Below, piece by piece: positions 56,684-64,000 of a stretch of DNA of 64,000 nucleotides. Made by a program: the position numbers and the translations under genes. The DNA is from Escherichia phage APCEc01, in sequence record NC_029091.1; one strand, 5' to 3'. The notes below the pieces were generated by a model that saw only the letters and a program-made list of their open reading frames with translations, ran no database searches and was not told the origin of the DNA. Within the stretch, counting starts at the first letter, position 1. Each line of letters opens with the position of its first letter.

Positions 56684-57232
56684 ATGGCTAAAATTATTTT
56701 AGTAGATGGCCCAGATAATGCTGGTAAAACAACTTTCATTAATGTCATAATGGAAATTAGTGAAAGATATGTAAAGATTGATTTCCCTAAACGAACAGTT
56801 GATGGGCGTTTCGATGTTAAGTCTCGAAATGAAGTTGGCTGTTTCGAAACGATGTTGAATTATTTAGACCCTACTAAGATTTATCTGTTAGACCGTGGAT
56901 ATATTAGTAACTGGGTTTATGGACGTATTCGACAAGATGCGGACTCGATTCTTGACGTTTATGAACAGGACTATGTTCGTCTTTGCCAAAACCATGATGT
57001 GTTCACAATTATTTTAACACGTAACGAAATGACTGAAAGTTTTGAAGACGACCTTATTACTTTGTCTTCATTCGGTTTTAATACAGTCATTTCACATTTT
57101 GAAGAGTTTGCAATTCATAACAAAATCCAAACGTATCAATTACTTAATCATGATGGTGCTAACAAAGTTATAGGATTTAATGCAAGCGAACGTAATTATT
57201 TGATTACAGAAATTATCAAATGGGCTCGTTAA
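56684..57232 (+). CDS. P-loop nucleotide/nucleoside kinase-like protein
   Basis: 182 aa; Walker A ILVDGPDNAGKTT, DRGY segment; resembles dNMP/thymidylate-kinase-like P-loop kinases. Confidence 0.5.
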   Translation: MAKIILVDGPDNAGKTTFINVIMEISERYVKIDFPKRTVDGRFDVKSRNEVGCFETMLNYLDPTKIYLLDRGYISNWVYGRIRQDADSILDVYEQDYVRLCQNHDVFTIILTRNEMTESFEDDLITLSSFGFNTVISHFEEFAIHNKIQTYQLLNHDGANKVIGFNASERNYLITEIIKWAR

Positions 57233-57251
57233 GAGCCATTTAAAGTTTTAA

Positions 57252-57277
57252 ATGCTGTATAACCCTTAGTATATAAT
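57252..57277 (+). promoter_or_regulatory. candidate middle promoter for uvsX
   Basis: AAATGCTGTA (MotA-box-like) 11 nt upstream of TATAAT at 57272. Confidence 0.35.
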
Positions 57278-57330
57278 CATCTTATCTTTTAAACATGAGT
57301 AAAATATAATGATGCCTATGGAAAAATACA

Positions 57331-58503
57331 ATGTCTGATTTAAAATCTCGTCTGATTAAAGCTTCTACTTCTAAAATGACTGCAGACTTGACTAAGTCTA
57401 AGCTGTTTAATAATCGTGATGAAGTCCCTACTCGTATTCCGATGTTGAATATTGCACTAGGTGGTGCACTGAATGCTGGGTTGCAATCAGGCTTAACTAT
57501 TTTTGCTGCTCCTTCTAAACACTTTAAAACATTGTTTGGGCTGACCATGGTTGCAGCATATATGAAGAAATATAAAGATGCAATCTGTTTGTTTTATGAC
57601 TCAGAATTCGGTGCTTCAGAATCTTATTTTCGTTCAATGGGTGTTGATTTAGACCGTGTAGTTCATACTCCGATTCAATCTGTCGAACAACTTAAAGTTG
57701 ATATGACTAATCAGCTTGACGCGATTGAACGCGGTGATAAAGTTATTATCTTTATCGATTCAATCGGTAATACTGCATCTAAGAAAGAAACCGAAGATGC
57801 GTTGAACGAGAAAGTTGTAGGTGATATGTCTCGTGCTAAGGCACTTAAATCTCTGTTCCGCATTGTGACCCCGTATCTGACTATTAAAGATATTCCGTGT
57901 GTTGCAATTAACCATACCGCAATGGAAATCGGCGGACTATATCCTAAAGAGATTATGGGTGGTGGTACAGGTATTCTTTACTCTGCTAACACTGTATTCT
58001 TTATCTCTAAACGTCAGGTTAAAGAAGGTACAGAATTGACCGGTTATGACTTCACGTTGAAAGCAGAAAAATCTCGTACAGTTAAAGAGAAATCTACTTT
58101 CCCGATCACGGTTAATTTTGATGGCGGTATTGATCCATTCAGTGGCTTGTTAGAAATGGCAACTGAAATTGGATTTGTTGTTAAGCCTAAAGCTGGTTGG
58201 TATGCTCGTGAATTCCTTGACGAAGAAACAGGTGAAATGATTCGTGAAGAGAAATCGTGGCGTGCTAAAGCTACTGATTGTGTAGAATTCTGGGGTCCGT
58301 TGTTTAAACACAAACCTTTCCGTGACGCAATTGAAACTAAATATAAACTAGGTGCTATCTCTTCTATTAAAGAAGTTGATGACGCTGTTAATGACCTTAT
58401 TAATTGCAAAGCAACAACTAAAGTTCCGGTTAAAACTTCTGATGCTCCGTCTGCAGCAGATATAGAAAACGACCTTGACGAAATGGAAGATTTCGATGAA
58501 TAA
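57331..58503 (+). CDS. uvsX: recombinase UvsX (RecA-like)
   Basis: 390 aa; MSDLKSRLIKASTSKMTADLTKSKLFNNRDEVPTRIPMLNIALGG...; Walker A GPSKHFKT; matches T4 UvsX. Confidence 0.93.
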   Translation: MSDLKSRLIKASTSKMTADLTKSKLFNNRDEVPTRIPMLNIALGGALNAGLQSGLTIFAAPSKHFKTLFGLTMVAAYMKKYKDAICLFYDSEFGASESYFRSMGVDLDRVVHTPIQSVEQLKVDMTNQLDAIERGDKVIIFIDSIGNTASKKETEDALNEKVVGDMSRAKALKSLFRIVTPYLTIKDIPCVAINHTAMEIGGLYPKEIMGGGTGILYSANTVFFISKRQVKEGTELTGYDFTLKAEKSRTVKEKSTFPITVNFDGGIDPFSGLLEMATEIGFVVKPKAGWYAREFLDEETGEMIREEKSWRAKATDCVEFWGPLFKHKPFRDAIETKYKLGAISSIKEVDDAVNDLINCKATTKVPVKTSDAPSAADIENDLDEMEDFDE

Positions 58504-58837
58504 TCTCGATGATTTAAATCTAGAAATCGTTGATGAATCCCCTTCTTCGGAAGGGGAAGACATTCGCAAAGAACGAGTGTTTAATGAATCTCTTAAAATT
58601 ATCCGTTCAGCAATGGAAAATGTCATTCAAGAGATTCTGATTACACTTGAAGACGGTTCCCATCATATAGTCTATATTACAAAACTAGACTGGGTTGATG
58701 GTAAAATCGTAATGGACTTTGCAGTTCTTGACCAGGACAGAAAAGCAGAACTTGCACCGCATGTTGAAAAATGTGTTACAATGCAAGTACAACAAGCTTT
58801 TAATGAACGAACCAAGAAAAAATTTAAATTCTTTTAA
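58496..58837 (+). CDS. 40: head vertex assembly chaperone gp40-like
   Basis: ATG 58496 overlapping uvsX stop; 113 aa; position between uvsX and 41 as in T4. Confidence 0.55.
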   Translation: MNNLDDLNLEIVDESPSSEGEDIRKERVFNESLKIIRSAMENVIQEILITLEDGSHHIVYITKLDWVDGKIVMDFAVLDQDRKAELAPHVEKCVTMQVQQAFNERTKKKFKFF

Positions 58838-58846
58838 GGAGTTATC

Positions 58847-60289
58847 GTGGTAGAAATTATTTTGTCTCATCTCGTATATGACCAGGCTTATTTTTCTAAG
58901 GTCTGGCCTTATATGGATTCTGAGTATTTTGAGCGTGGACCGGCAAAAAATGTCTTTAAAATTATAAAGAGCCACGTTAACGAATATAATGCAATGCCAT
59001 CTATCAATGCGTTAAAGGTGGCTTTAGATAACAGTTCTTTAACTGAAGCCGAATATAAAGGAACTTCAGACCTAATTGAAAAATTGGCTGATACTCCTGA
59101 AGACCACGAATGGTTGGTTAAAGAAACTGAGAAATATGTCCAGCAAAAAGCGATGTATAATGCTACATCCAAAATCATTGAGATTCAGTCTAATGCTGAA
59201 CTACCTCCGGAACAACGTAACAAGAAAATGCCTGACGTAGGAGCTATTCCTGATATTATGCGTCAAGCACTTTCAATTTCGTTCGATAGTTATGTTGGGC
59301 ATGACTGGATGGAAGACTATGAAGCACGTTGGCTTTCTTATCTAAATAAAGCACGTAAGGTCCCGTTCAAATTAAACATTTTGAATAAAATCACTAAAGG
59401 TGGTGCTGAAACCGGTACACTAAACGTTTTAATGGCTGGTGTTAACGTCGGTAAATCTTTAGGCCTTTGTTCACTTGCTGCAGATTATCTTCAAACAGGG
59501 CATAATGTTCTTTATATTTCCATGGAAATGGCTGAAGAAGTTTGTGCTAAGCGTATAGATGCAAACATGCTTGACGTATCACTTGATGATATTGATGATG
59601 GTAACGTATCTTATGCTGAATATAAAGCCAAGATGGAAAAATGGCGTTCAAAAACAACATTAGGACGTTTAGTAGTTAAACAGTATCCTACTGGTGGAGC
59701 TAATGCTAATACATTTCGTGCATTGCTTAATGAGTTAAAACTTAAGAAGAACTTTGTGCCATCTGTAATCATGGTTGATTACTTAGGTATTTGTGGGTCT
59801 TGTCGTATCAGAGTTTACACTGAAAATAGCTACACATTAGTTAAAGCTATCGCAGAAGAACTTCGTGCATTAGCAGTAGAATCTGAAACAGTTCTATGGA
59901 CTGCAGCTCAAGTAGGACGTGCAGCATGGGATGCTTCAGACATGAACATGAGTGATATCGCAGAATCAGCAGGTTTACCAGCAACGGCAGATTTCATGTT
60001 GGCTGTAATTGAAACCGAAGAACTTGCACAAGCTGAACAACAACTTATCAAACAAATCAAATCACGATACGGCGATAAGAATAAGTGGAATAAATTCCTG
60101 ATGGGTGTACGTAAAGGCAATCAGAAATGGGTTGAGATTGAGCAAGAAGGCATGAACACACCTAACACAGTAAATGAAAACGCAGGTGCTCAGATGCGTC
60201 AGGCAGAGGTGAATCGTACGGAACGCGTAGGTAAAGCCAAAGCAACACGTGCGGACCTAGATAGCTTAGCCAATGAGTTAAAATTTTAA
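58847..60289 (+). CDS. 41: replicative DNA helicase gp41 (DnaB-like)
   Basis: GTG start after AAGGAG; MVEIILSHLVYDQAYFSKVWPYMDSEYFE...; Walker A GVNVGKS; 480 aa; matches T4 gp41. Confidence 0.93.
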   Translation: MVEIILSHLVYDQAYFSKVWPYMDSEYFERGPAKNVFKIIKSHVNEYNAMPSINALKVALDNSSLTEAEYKGTSDLIEKLADTPEDHEWLVKETEKYVQQKAMYNATSKIIEIQSNAELPPEQRNKKMPDVGAIPDIMRQALSISFDSYVGHDWMEDYEARWLSYLNKARKVPFKLNILNKITKGGAETGTLNVLMAGVNVGKSLGLCSLAADYLQTGHNVLYISMEMAEEVCAKRIDANMLDVSLDDIDDGNVSYAEYKAKMEKWRSKTTLGRLVVKQYPTGGANANTFRALLNELKLKKNFVPSVIMVDYLGICGSCRIRVYTENSYTLVKAIAEELRALAVESETVLWTAAQVGRAAWDASDMNMSDIAESAGLPATADFMLAVIETEELAQAEQQLIKQIKSRYGDKNKWNKFLMGVRKGNQKWVEIEQEGMNTPNTVNENAGAQMRQAEVNRTERVGKAKATRADLDSLANELKF

Positions 60290-60295
60290 TAAAAA

Positions 60296-60316
60296 GGAGA
60301 CTTCGGTCTCCTTTCG
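60296..60316 (+). terminator. rho-independent terminator
   Basis: GGAGAC-TTCG-GTCTCC hairpin followed by TTTCGGGGTTT. Confidence 0.6.
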
Positions 60317-60318
60317 GG

Positions 60319-60350
60319 GTTTACATCTTCCTCTAGGCATGATATGATGT
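60319..60350 (+). promoter_or_regulatory. early promoter
   Basis: GTTTAC at 60319, TATGAT about 18 nt downstream. Confidence 0.45.
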
Positions 60351-60377
60351 ACTTACACAAACCAAGAGGAAAACATT

Positions 60378-60752
60378 ATGAATATGTCTCAAGCAATTTT
60401 TACTGCAATCACCGAAAACACAACTGTTGAAGTAGTTTCTCCGCTGGCAACCTACGTTATTCTTGCTCCTAAAACTATTGTATCTCGTATGGAAAACACA
60501 GGCAAACGTATCGTACAAATAGTTGGAGCTGGAAATCAAAAACTTGATTATCTACGAACCATAAAAGCTTATGAACATTTCCAACTCGAAAAAGGTTCTC
60601 CTATCCAGGTAGAACTCGTAAATGGTGATATCGTTCGAGCAATGTTCCATCATTTCTATGCATTGAATGACCCATCTAAAGCAGTTCGTTTAATTGCATA
60701 CGACGCAAACCAAAACGAAATCAACGCAGATGTATCTAAATTACGTTTTTAA
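60378..60752 (+). CDS. hypothetical protein
   Basis: 124 aa; AAGAGGAAAA RBS. Confidence 0.5.
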   Translation: MNMSQAIFTAITENTTVEVVSPLATYVILAPKTIVSRMENTGKRIVQIVGAGNQKLDYLRTIKAYEHFQLEKGSPIQVELVNGDIVRAMFHHFYALNDPSKAVRLIAYDANQNEINADVSKLRF

Positions 60753-60800
60753 GTTTACTTCTCCAGTAGTTGTGTTATTATAGACCTATCAACTACTGGA
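60753..60800 (+). promoter_or_regulatory. early promoter (PeSL type)
   Basis: GTTTAC at 60753, TATTAT at 60776, inverted repeat TCCAGTAGTTG / CAACTACTGGA. Confidence 0.6.
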
Positions 60801-60807
60801 GAACAAA

Positions 60808-61125
60808 ATGAAAACCATCGATTGTAAAGCAGAATTTAAGATTTTTTATCACGGTTCAAGTAGTTCAGCTAACATCGAAAACATGCTTTGTCCTCCTGAA
60901 GAAACAGGAGTTCTGTCTGAAACTGGACGTAAGAAAAACTTGGATCGTGTATTCTTTACTGAAGATATCGGTTTAGCAAAGATTTATGCAGGACGAGCAG
61001 CACGCTCTTATGGAGGTGAACCACGTCTCTATCGAGTAATTTCTCCGGTAGATGTAGTTCAAATGAATGATACTAAAGGCGCTACAGTTTATCACGCTGA
61101 ATGGGCATTTTGCGAGGAAATATGA
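60808..61125 (+). CDS. hypothetical protein (speculative ADP-ribosyltransferase-like His/Glu pattern)
   Basis: 105 aa; FYHGSS ... KIYAG ... YHAEW segments; assignment speculative. Confidence 0.45.
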   Translation: MKTIDCKAEFKIFYHGSSSSANIENMLCPPEETGVLSETGRKKNLDRVFFTEDIGLAKIYAGRAARSYGGEPRLYRVISPVDVVQMNDTKGATVYHAEWAFCEEI

Positions 61126-61313
61126 GCAAATTAACTAAAGTTACTTTTATCGGTTGGTTTAAAAGCGGTGAGATGTTCACTAAAGATATCATGTTATCAG
61201 GTGATCGCGAAGAAATCGAGTGGGTTACGGTACAACTTGCTGAAGTGAACAATGCATTAGTTAAAGCATTTATTAATGACGAGAAAGTTTTTGAAGCTGA
61301 TTTCAGAGGATAA
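61122..61313 (+). CDS. dmd: Dmd (discriminator of mRNA degradation; antitoxin against RnlA/LsoA-type RNases)
   Basis: ATG 61122; MSKLTKVTFIGWFKSGEMFTKDIML...VNNALVKAFINDEKVFEADFRG resembles T4 Dmd; 63 aa. Confidence 0.7.
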   Translation: MSKLTKVTFIGWFKSGEMFTKDIMLSGDREEIEWVTVQLAEVNNALVKAFINDEKVFEADFRG

Positions 61314-61314
61314 T

Positions 61315-61527
61315 ATGTATTCAACTGTGTTTAAACCATCAACATACGAATTTGCATCAACTACACAATGGAAAGCTCTTATTCTGGAAGGATGGGAACT
61401 AATGATGGACTGCGAAGCATCTGAAAAGTTTCCACACGGCAAAGTGGACTTCGTTAAATTTGCTGTACGTCCGACTAAACGACAGATTCGTCAAGAAAAA
61501 CGCAAATTTCGCAAAAGTTTAAAATAG
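61315..61527 (+). CDS. small basic protein with C-terminal VRPTKRQIRQ tail
   Basis: ATG 61315; 70 aa; C-terminus parallels ORF 32915..33085. Confidence 0.4.
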   Translation: MYSTVFKPSTYEFASTTQWKALILEGWELMMDCEASEKFPHGKVDFVKFAVRPTKRQIRQEKRKFRKSLK

Positions 61528-61529
61528 CT

Positions 61530-61560
61530 GTTTACAAGCACCACATACTGTGTTACTATC
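61530..61560 (+). promoter_or_regulatory. early promoter
   Basis: GTTTAC at 61530, TACTAT at 61554. Confidence 0.5.
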
Positions 61561-61587
61561 TTTCTATCAACTACAGAGGAAATTGAA

Positions 61588-61956
61588 ATGAAAAAATTAA
61601 TCGCTTTAGCAATGGTGTTTGGATTAACCGGATGTGGTGCCCATGGCTTTATCCCTAATAACGTCGGCCAATTGATTTACAATCCGAATGTTAAACAGTA
61701 CGACCAACCTAAAGTTGAAGTGGAAGACCCGGTTACTGTAGGTAATCGAATGATTCAAGCTGATGCCCATGCTCAACGTTATCGTGACTCTGATACCGTA
61801 GCATTGTCAAAAGAACAACGCGTTAAAGAACATTGTCTACAGGCTACTGAAATCGCATTCATTCGCTATGTTGAAACAACTGGTAAAGAGCCTACCCAGA
61901 AACAAATCGCGAATAACTACGTCCAGTGTATTGAACGTTTAAACAAATTTAATTAA
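61588..61956 (+). CDS. lipoprotein
   Basis: 122 aa; signal peptide with lipobox LTGC (MKKLIALAMVFGLTGCG). Confidence 0.55.
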   Translation: MKKLIALAMVFGLTGCGAHGFIPNNVGQLIYNPNVKQYDQPKVEVEDPVTVGNRMIQADAHAQRYRDSDTVALSKEQRVKEHCLQATEIAFIRYVETTGKEPTQKQIANNYVQCIERLNKFN

Positions 61957-61959
61957 TTG

Positions 61960-61990
61960 GTTTACGCAAAAGTTAAAACAAGATACTATA
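61960..61990 (+). promoter_or_regulatory. early promoter
   Basis: GTTTAC at 61960, TACTAT at 61984. Confidence 0.5.
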
Positions 61991-62017
61991 AACATAACAA
62001 ATCAAGAGGAAATTAAC

Positions 62018-62266
62018 ATGGAATTATTCGTAGCTAGTTCAGTGGCAGTTTTAATCGCAGGTATTGGTTCAATCATCATTTACATGTTGCCTTGGGTAAT
62101 CGCACTTATTCGTGGCACAAAAAGCACAACAGCAATCTTCTTTGTATCTTTACTCTTTAACTGGACGATGGTTGGTTGGATTGGAACTTTAATTTGGTCT
62201 ATCGTTGCCGAAAAGAAATCGGCTCAGCAGCCTCAACAAGTAATTATTATTCGTGAAAAAGAATAA
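62018..62266 (+). CDS. small inner-membrane protein
   Basis: 82 aa; two TM helices. Confidence 0.5.
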   Translation: MELFVASSVAVLIAGIGSIIIYMLPWVIALIRGTKSTTAIFFVSLLFNWTMVGWIGTLIWSIVAEKKSAQQPQQVIIIREKE

Positions 62267-62270
62267 ACTT

Positions 62271-62310
62271 GTTTACATTATGGATGGACTATAGTATAAT
62301 AGTCCTATCA
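62271..62310 (+). promoter_or_regulatory. early promoter (PeSL type)
   Basis: GTTTAC at 62271, TATAAT at 62295, inverted repeat GGACTAT / ATAGTCC. Confidence 0.6.
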
Positions 62311-62329
62311 AATCAACTAAGGAGTTAAA

Positions 62330-62623
62330 ATGAAAAAGTTATCATTGGCAGCAATCTTACTTGCAGTATCATGTGCACCGGCTCCAGTTACGGCAGGTTA
62401 TGATAAAGACCTCTGTGAGTGGTCAATGACTGCAAATCAAGAAGATGTTGAACAACAAATCTTCTCTGATATCATGAACATCACTAAACGAGACCGTCCT
62501 AATATGGTTAATAAAGTTGTTGAACAACTTAAGTCTGGTGGTATCATGCAGTACAACTATGTTTTGTATTGTGACCCTAATTTCGATAACAAAGATATCG
62601 TAACCGAAATCACAGGTGAATAA
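62330..62623 (+). CDS. sp: Spackle (Sp) periplasmic superinfection-exclusion / lysozyme-inhibitor protein
   Basis: 97 aa; signal peptide then GYDKDLCEWSMTANQEDVEQQI...SGGIMQYNYVLYCDPNFDNKDIVTEITGE matches remembered T4 Sp. Confidence 0.7.
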   Translation: MKKLSLAAILLAVSCAPAPVTAGYDKDLCEWSMTANQEDVEQQIFSDIMNITKRDRPNMVNKVVEQLKSGGIMQYNYVLYCDPNFDNKDIVTEITGE

Positions 62624-62624
62624 T

Positions 62625-63275
62625 ATGATTTATTATATGCACAAAAATCCACCGTTTAAATACGGTAAATTTCCTGATGCACAATGTTATAATATAACGC
62701 CTGATGAAAACAATCGTGGATATCATATTGGTGTAATTTTTGTAATTGTTAAAGATAACGAAATCGTTGCCTGGGCAGATTTTAAAGGTACAACATATGA
62801 TGTTAATCCTGTGCCTTTCACATATTACAATATAATGGATTTGGCATATGATTATAATTGGTTTAATCATGACACGTTGGCTCATATTGAAGGTGTAGGA
62901 TTTGACATCTCTTATTCTAGCTATTCATTATGTCCTATGAGCCGAGCTCACGGTAAAGATGCCTCATATTTTTCATTTCGGAAACGTGTAAACTTCAAAC
63001 GTAGTACAGAGTATGTTGGTGGACTCTTTGTTAAAGATAATAAAATAACCCGTATTAGTTATCCTCTAAGTGTAGGCCAAAAAGATGTTGATGTTGATTT
63101 AGACTTAACTGAAAATAACATTAATCGTATTGCTTCTGTATATTTTGATATCGATGAAAAAATTGTAGTGTGTGGATATGAATTACCACCTGAAGAAAAG
63201 GCTGAAGCAATTGAAGTCGAATTAGAAATTTCTGTCGATGACCAAATATTTAATGCATTTATGAATCGAGGTTAA
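62625..63275 (+). CDS. hypothetical protein
   Basis: ATG 62625 just after sp stop; 216 aa. Confidence 0.5.
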   Translation: MIYYMHKNPPFKYGKFPDAQCYNITPDENNRGYHIGVIFVIVKDNEIVAWADFKGTTYDVNPVPFTYYNIMDLAYDYNWFNHDTLAHIEGVGFDISYSSYSLCPMSRAHGKDASYFSFRKRVNFKRSTEYVGGLFVKDNKITRISYPLSVGQKDVDVDLDLTENNINRIASVYFDIDEKIVVCGYELPPEEKAEAIEVELEISVDDQIFNAFMNRG

Positions 63276-63276
63276 A

Positions 63277-63474
63277 ATGACTACTGCAATTTGCACTGGT
63301 TCTAAAATTAGTGTTTTTACAAGTTTTGAAGATTATGAAGTTGTTTCAAAACACCAATGCCATATTAGCGTAAAAGCTAATGACGGTGTAATTTGGAATA
63401 TTCCACAGTATGAAGGCACTACATATGAAGTCACAGATATAAATGGTGACAAAGCAATCTTTGTAATTGATTAA
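63277..63474 (+). CDS. hypothetical small protein
   Basis: 65 aa. Confidence 0.4.
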   Translation: MTTAICTGSKISVFTSFEDYEVVSKHQCHISVKANDGVIWNIPQYEGTTYEVTDINGDKAIFVID

Positions 63475-63493
63475 ATATACTCAGGAGGTACCT

Positions 63494-63961
63494 ATGGGTA
63501 TTATTAACACTGCAATAGATTCTGTTTACGCATATAAGTTTATTCGACTAATGCAAAAACCTTTTACCGAATGGAAAGCATATGAAGCCAAAATCATCGA
63601 TGAACGTGGAAGTGTTCTTAAACGCCCTTCTACTCCTGAAGAGAAAGCGGCTTATACACCTTTTCATGCTTCAGTTCGTTCAATGAAGCGAATGATGAGC
63701 ACTGTTCCAGGTCTTAATGGAATGGCCTCAATGATGTCTGCTTGGAGTGCTGTAGCTTCACGCTATAACATTACGGAAGAACAACAGAAAGAAATATTTA
63801 AAGAACTCCCTTTATTTGAGGATATGGTTGCTGGCGATTCAGGTGGCAGCCCTCAAGCTATTGCATCAGGAACAACTACAGGTGCAATTGTAAATAAAGG
63901 TCCCGAACAAATTCCTTCCAAGAAAAGAAAGCGAATTAAAGTAAATATTAATAAGTTGTGA
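63494..63961 (+). CDS. hypothetical protein
   Basis: ATG 63494 after AGGAGG; 155 aa; C-terminal KKRKRIK basic tail. Confidence 0.5.
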   Translation: MGIINTAIDSVYAYKFIRLMQKPFTEWKAYEAKIIDERGSVLKRPSTPEEKAAYTPFHASVRSMKRMMSTVPGLNGMASMMSAWSAVASRYNITEEQQKEIFKELPLFEDMVAGDSGGSPQAIASGTTTGAIVNKGPEQIPSKKRKRIKVNINKL

Positions 63962-64000
63962 TAAGATGGCCTTATTAATTTAAGGCCTCTGGAGAATACT

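Noticed and set aside
63968-63987. Palindrome GGCCTTATTAATTTAAGGCC at the window end as a terminator
   Set aside because: No downstream T-tract within the window; cannot be judged without flanking sequence.

Overview
AT-rich 64-kb window from a T4-like (T-even, Tevenvirinae) myovirus genome. It reads as one long rightward (+ strand) early/middle transcription block with T4 gene order: [gene 53 on the minus strand] - 4 - 2 - 3 - 1 - 57A - 57B - ipI-like - two tRNAs - nudE - e (lysozyme) - denV - regB - tk - rI - nrdC - 49 - nrdD - nrdG - nrdH-like - 55 - 47 - 46 - rpbA - 45 - 44 - 62 - regA - 43 - [inserted enzyme cassette] - 42 - uvsX - 40 - 41 - dmd - sp. Many proteins (gp43, UvsX, gp41, lysozyme, DenV, RegB, TK, endonuclease VII, gp1) match my memory of T4 and RB69 sequences; the 903-aa gp43 looks like the RB69 polymerase, so I think this is RB69 or a close relative, but this is recall, not a database search. 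Gene starts were refined by eye from the six-frame track, which often begins ORFs at upstream TTG/GTG codons. The most interesting feature is the gene 43-to-uvsX interval: T4 imm and beta-glucosyltransferase are absent, and in their place sit a SIS-domain sugar-phosphate isomerase, a fused NDP-sugar pyrophosphorylase/sugar kinase, a HAD phosphatase, a Cys-rich 386-aa enzyme, a 299-aa protein and a P-loop kinase. I read this as a candidate activated-pentose (arabinose) pathway for hypermodifying hydroxymethylcytosine DNA. Other notable content: about 27 copies of a promoter-plus-stem-loop cassette (PeSL-like early promoters), six ORFs with internal-protein capsid-targeting N-termini, a macro-domain protein, a Pol-beta-type nucleotidyltransferase, an AAA+ ATPase, a GrcA/YfiD-like glycyl-radical cofactor, only two tRNAs plus a tRNA-like remnant, and an intron-less nrdD. 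No CRISPR array, rRNA, integrase or transposase was seen. Promoter and terminator coordinates are approximate (within a few bp).
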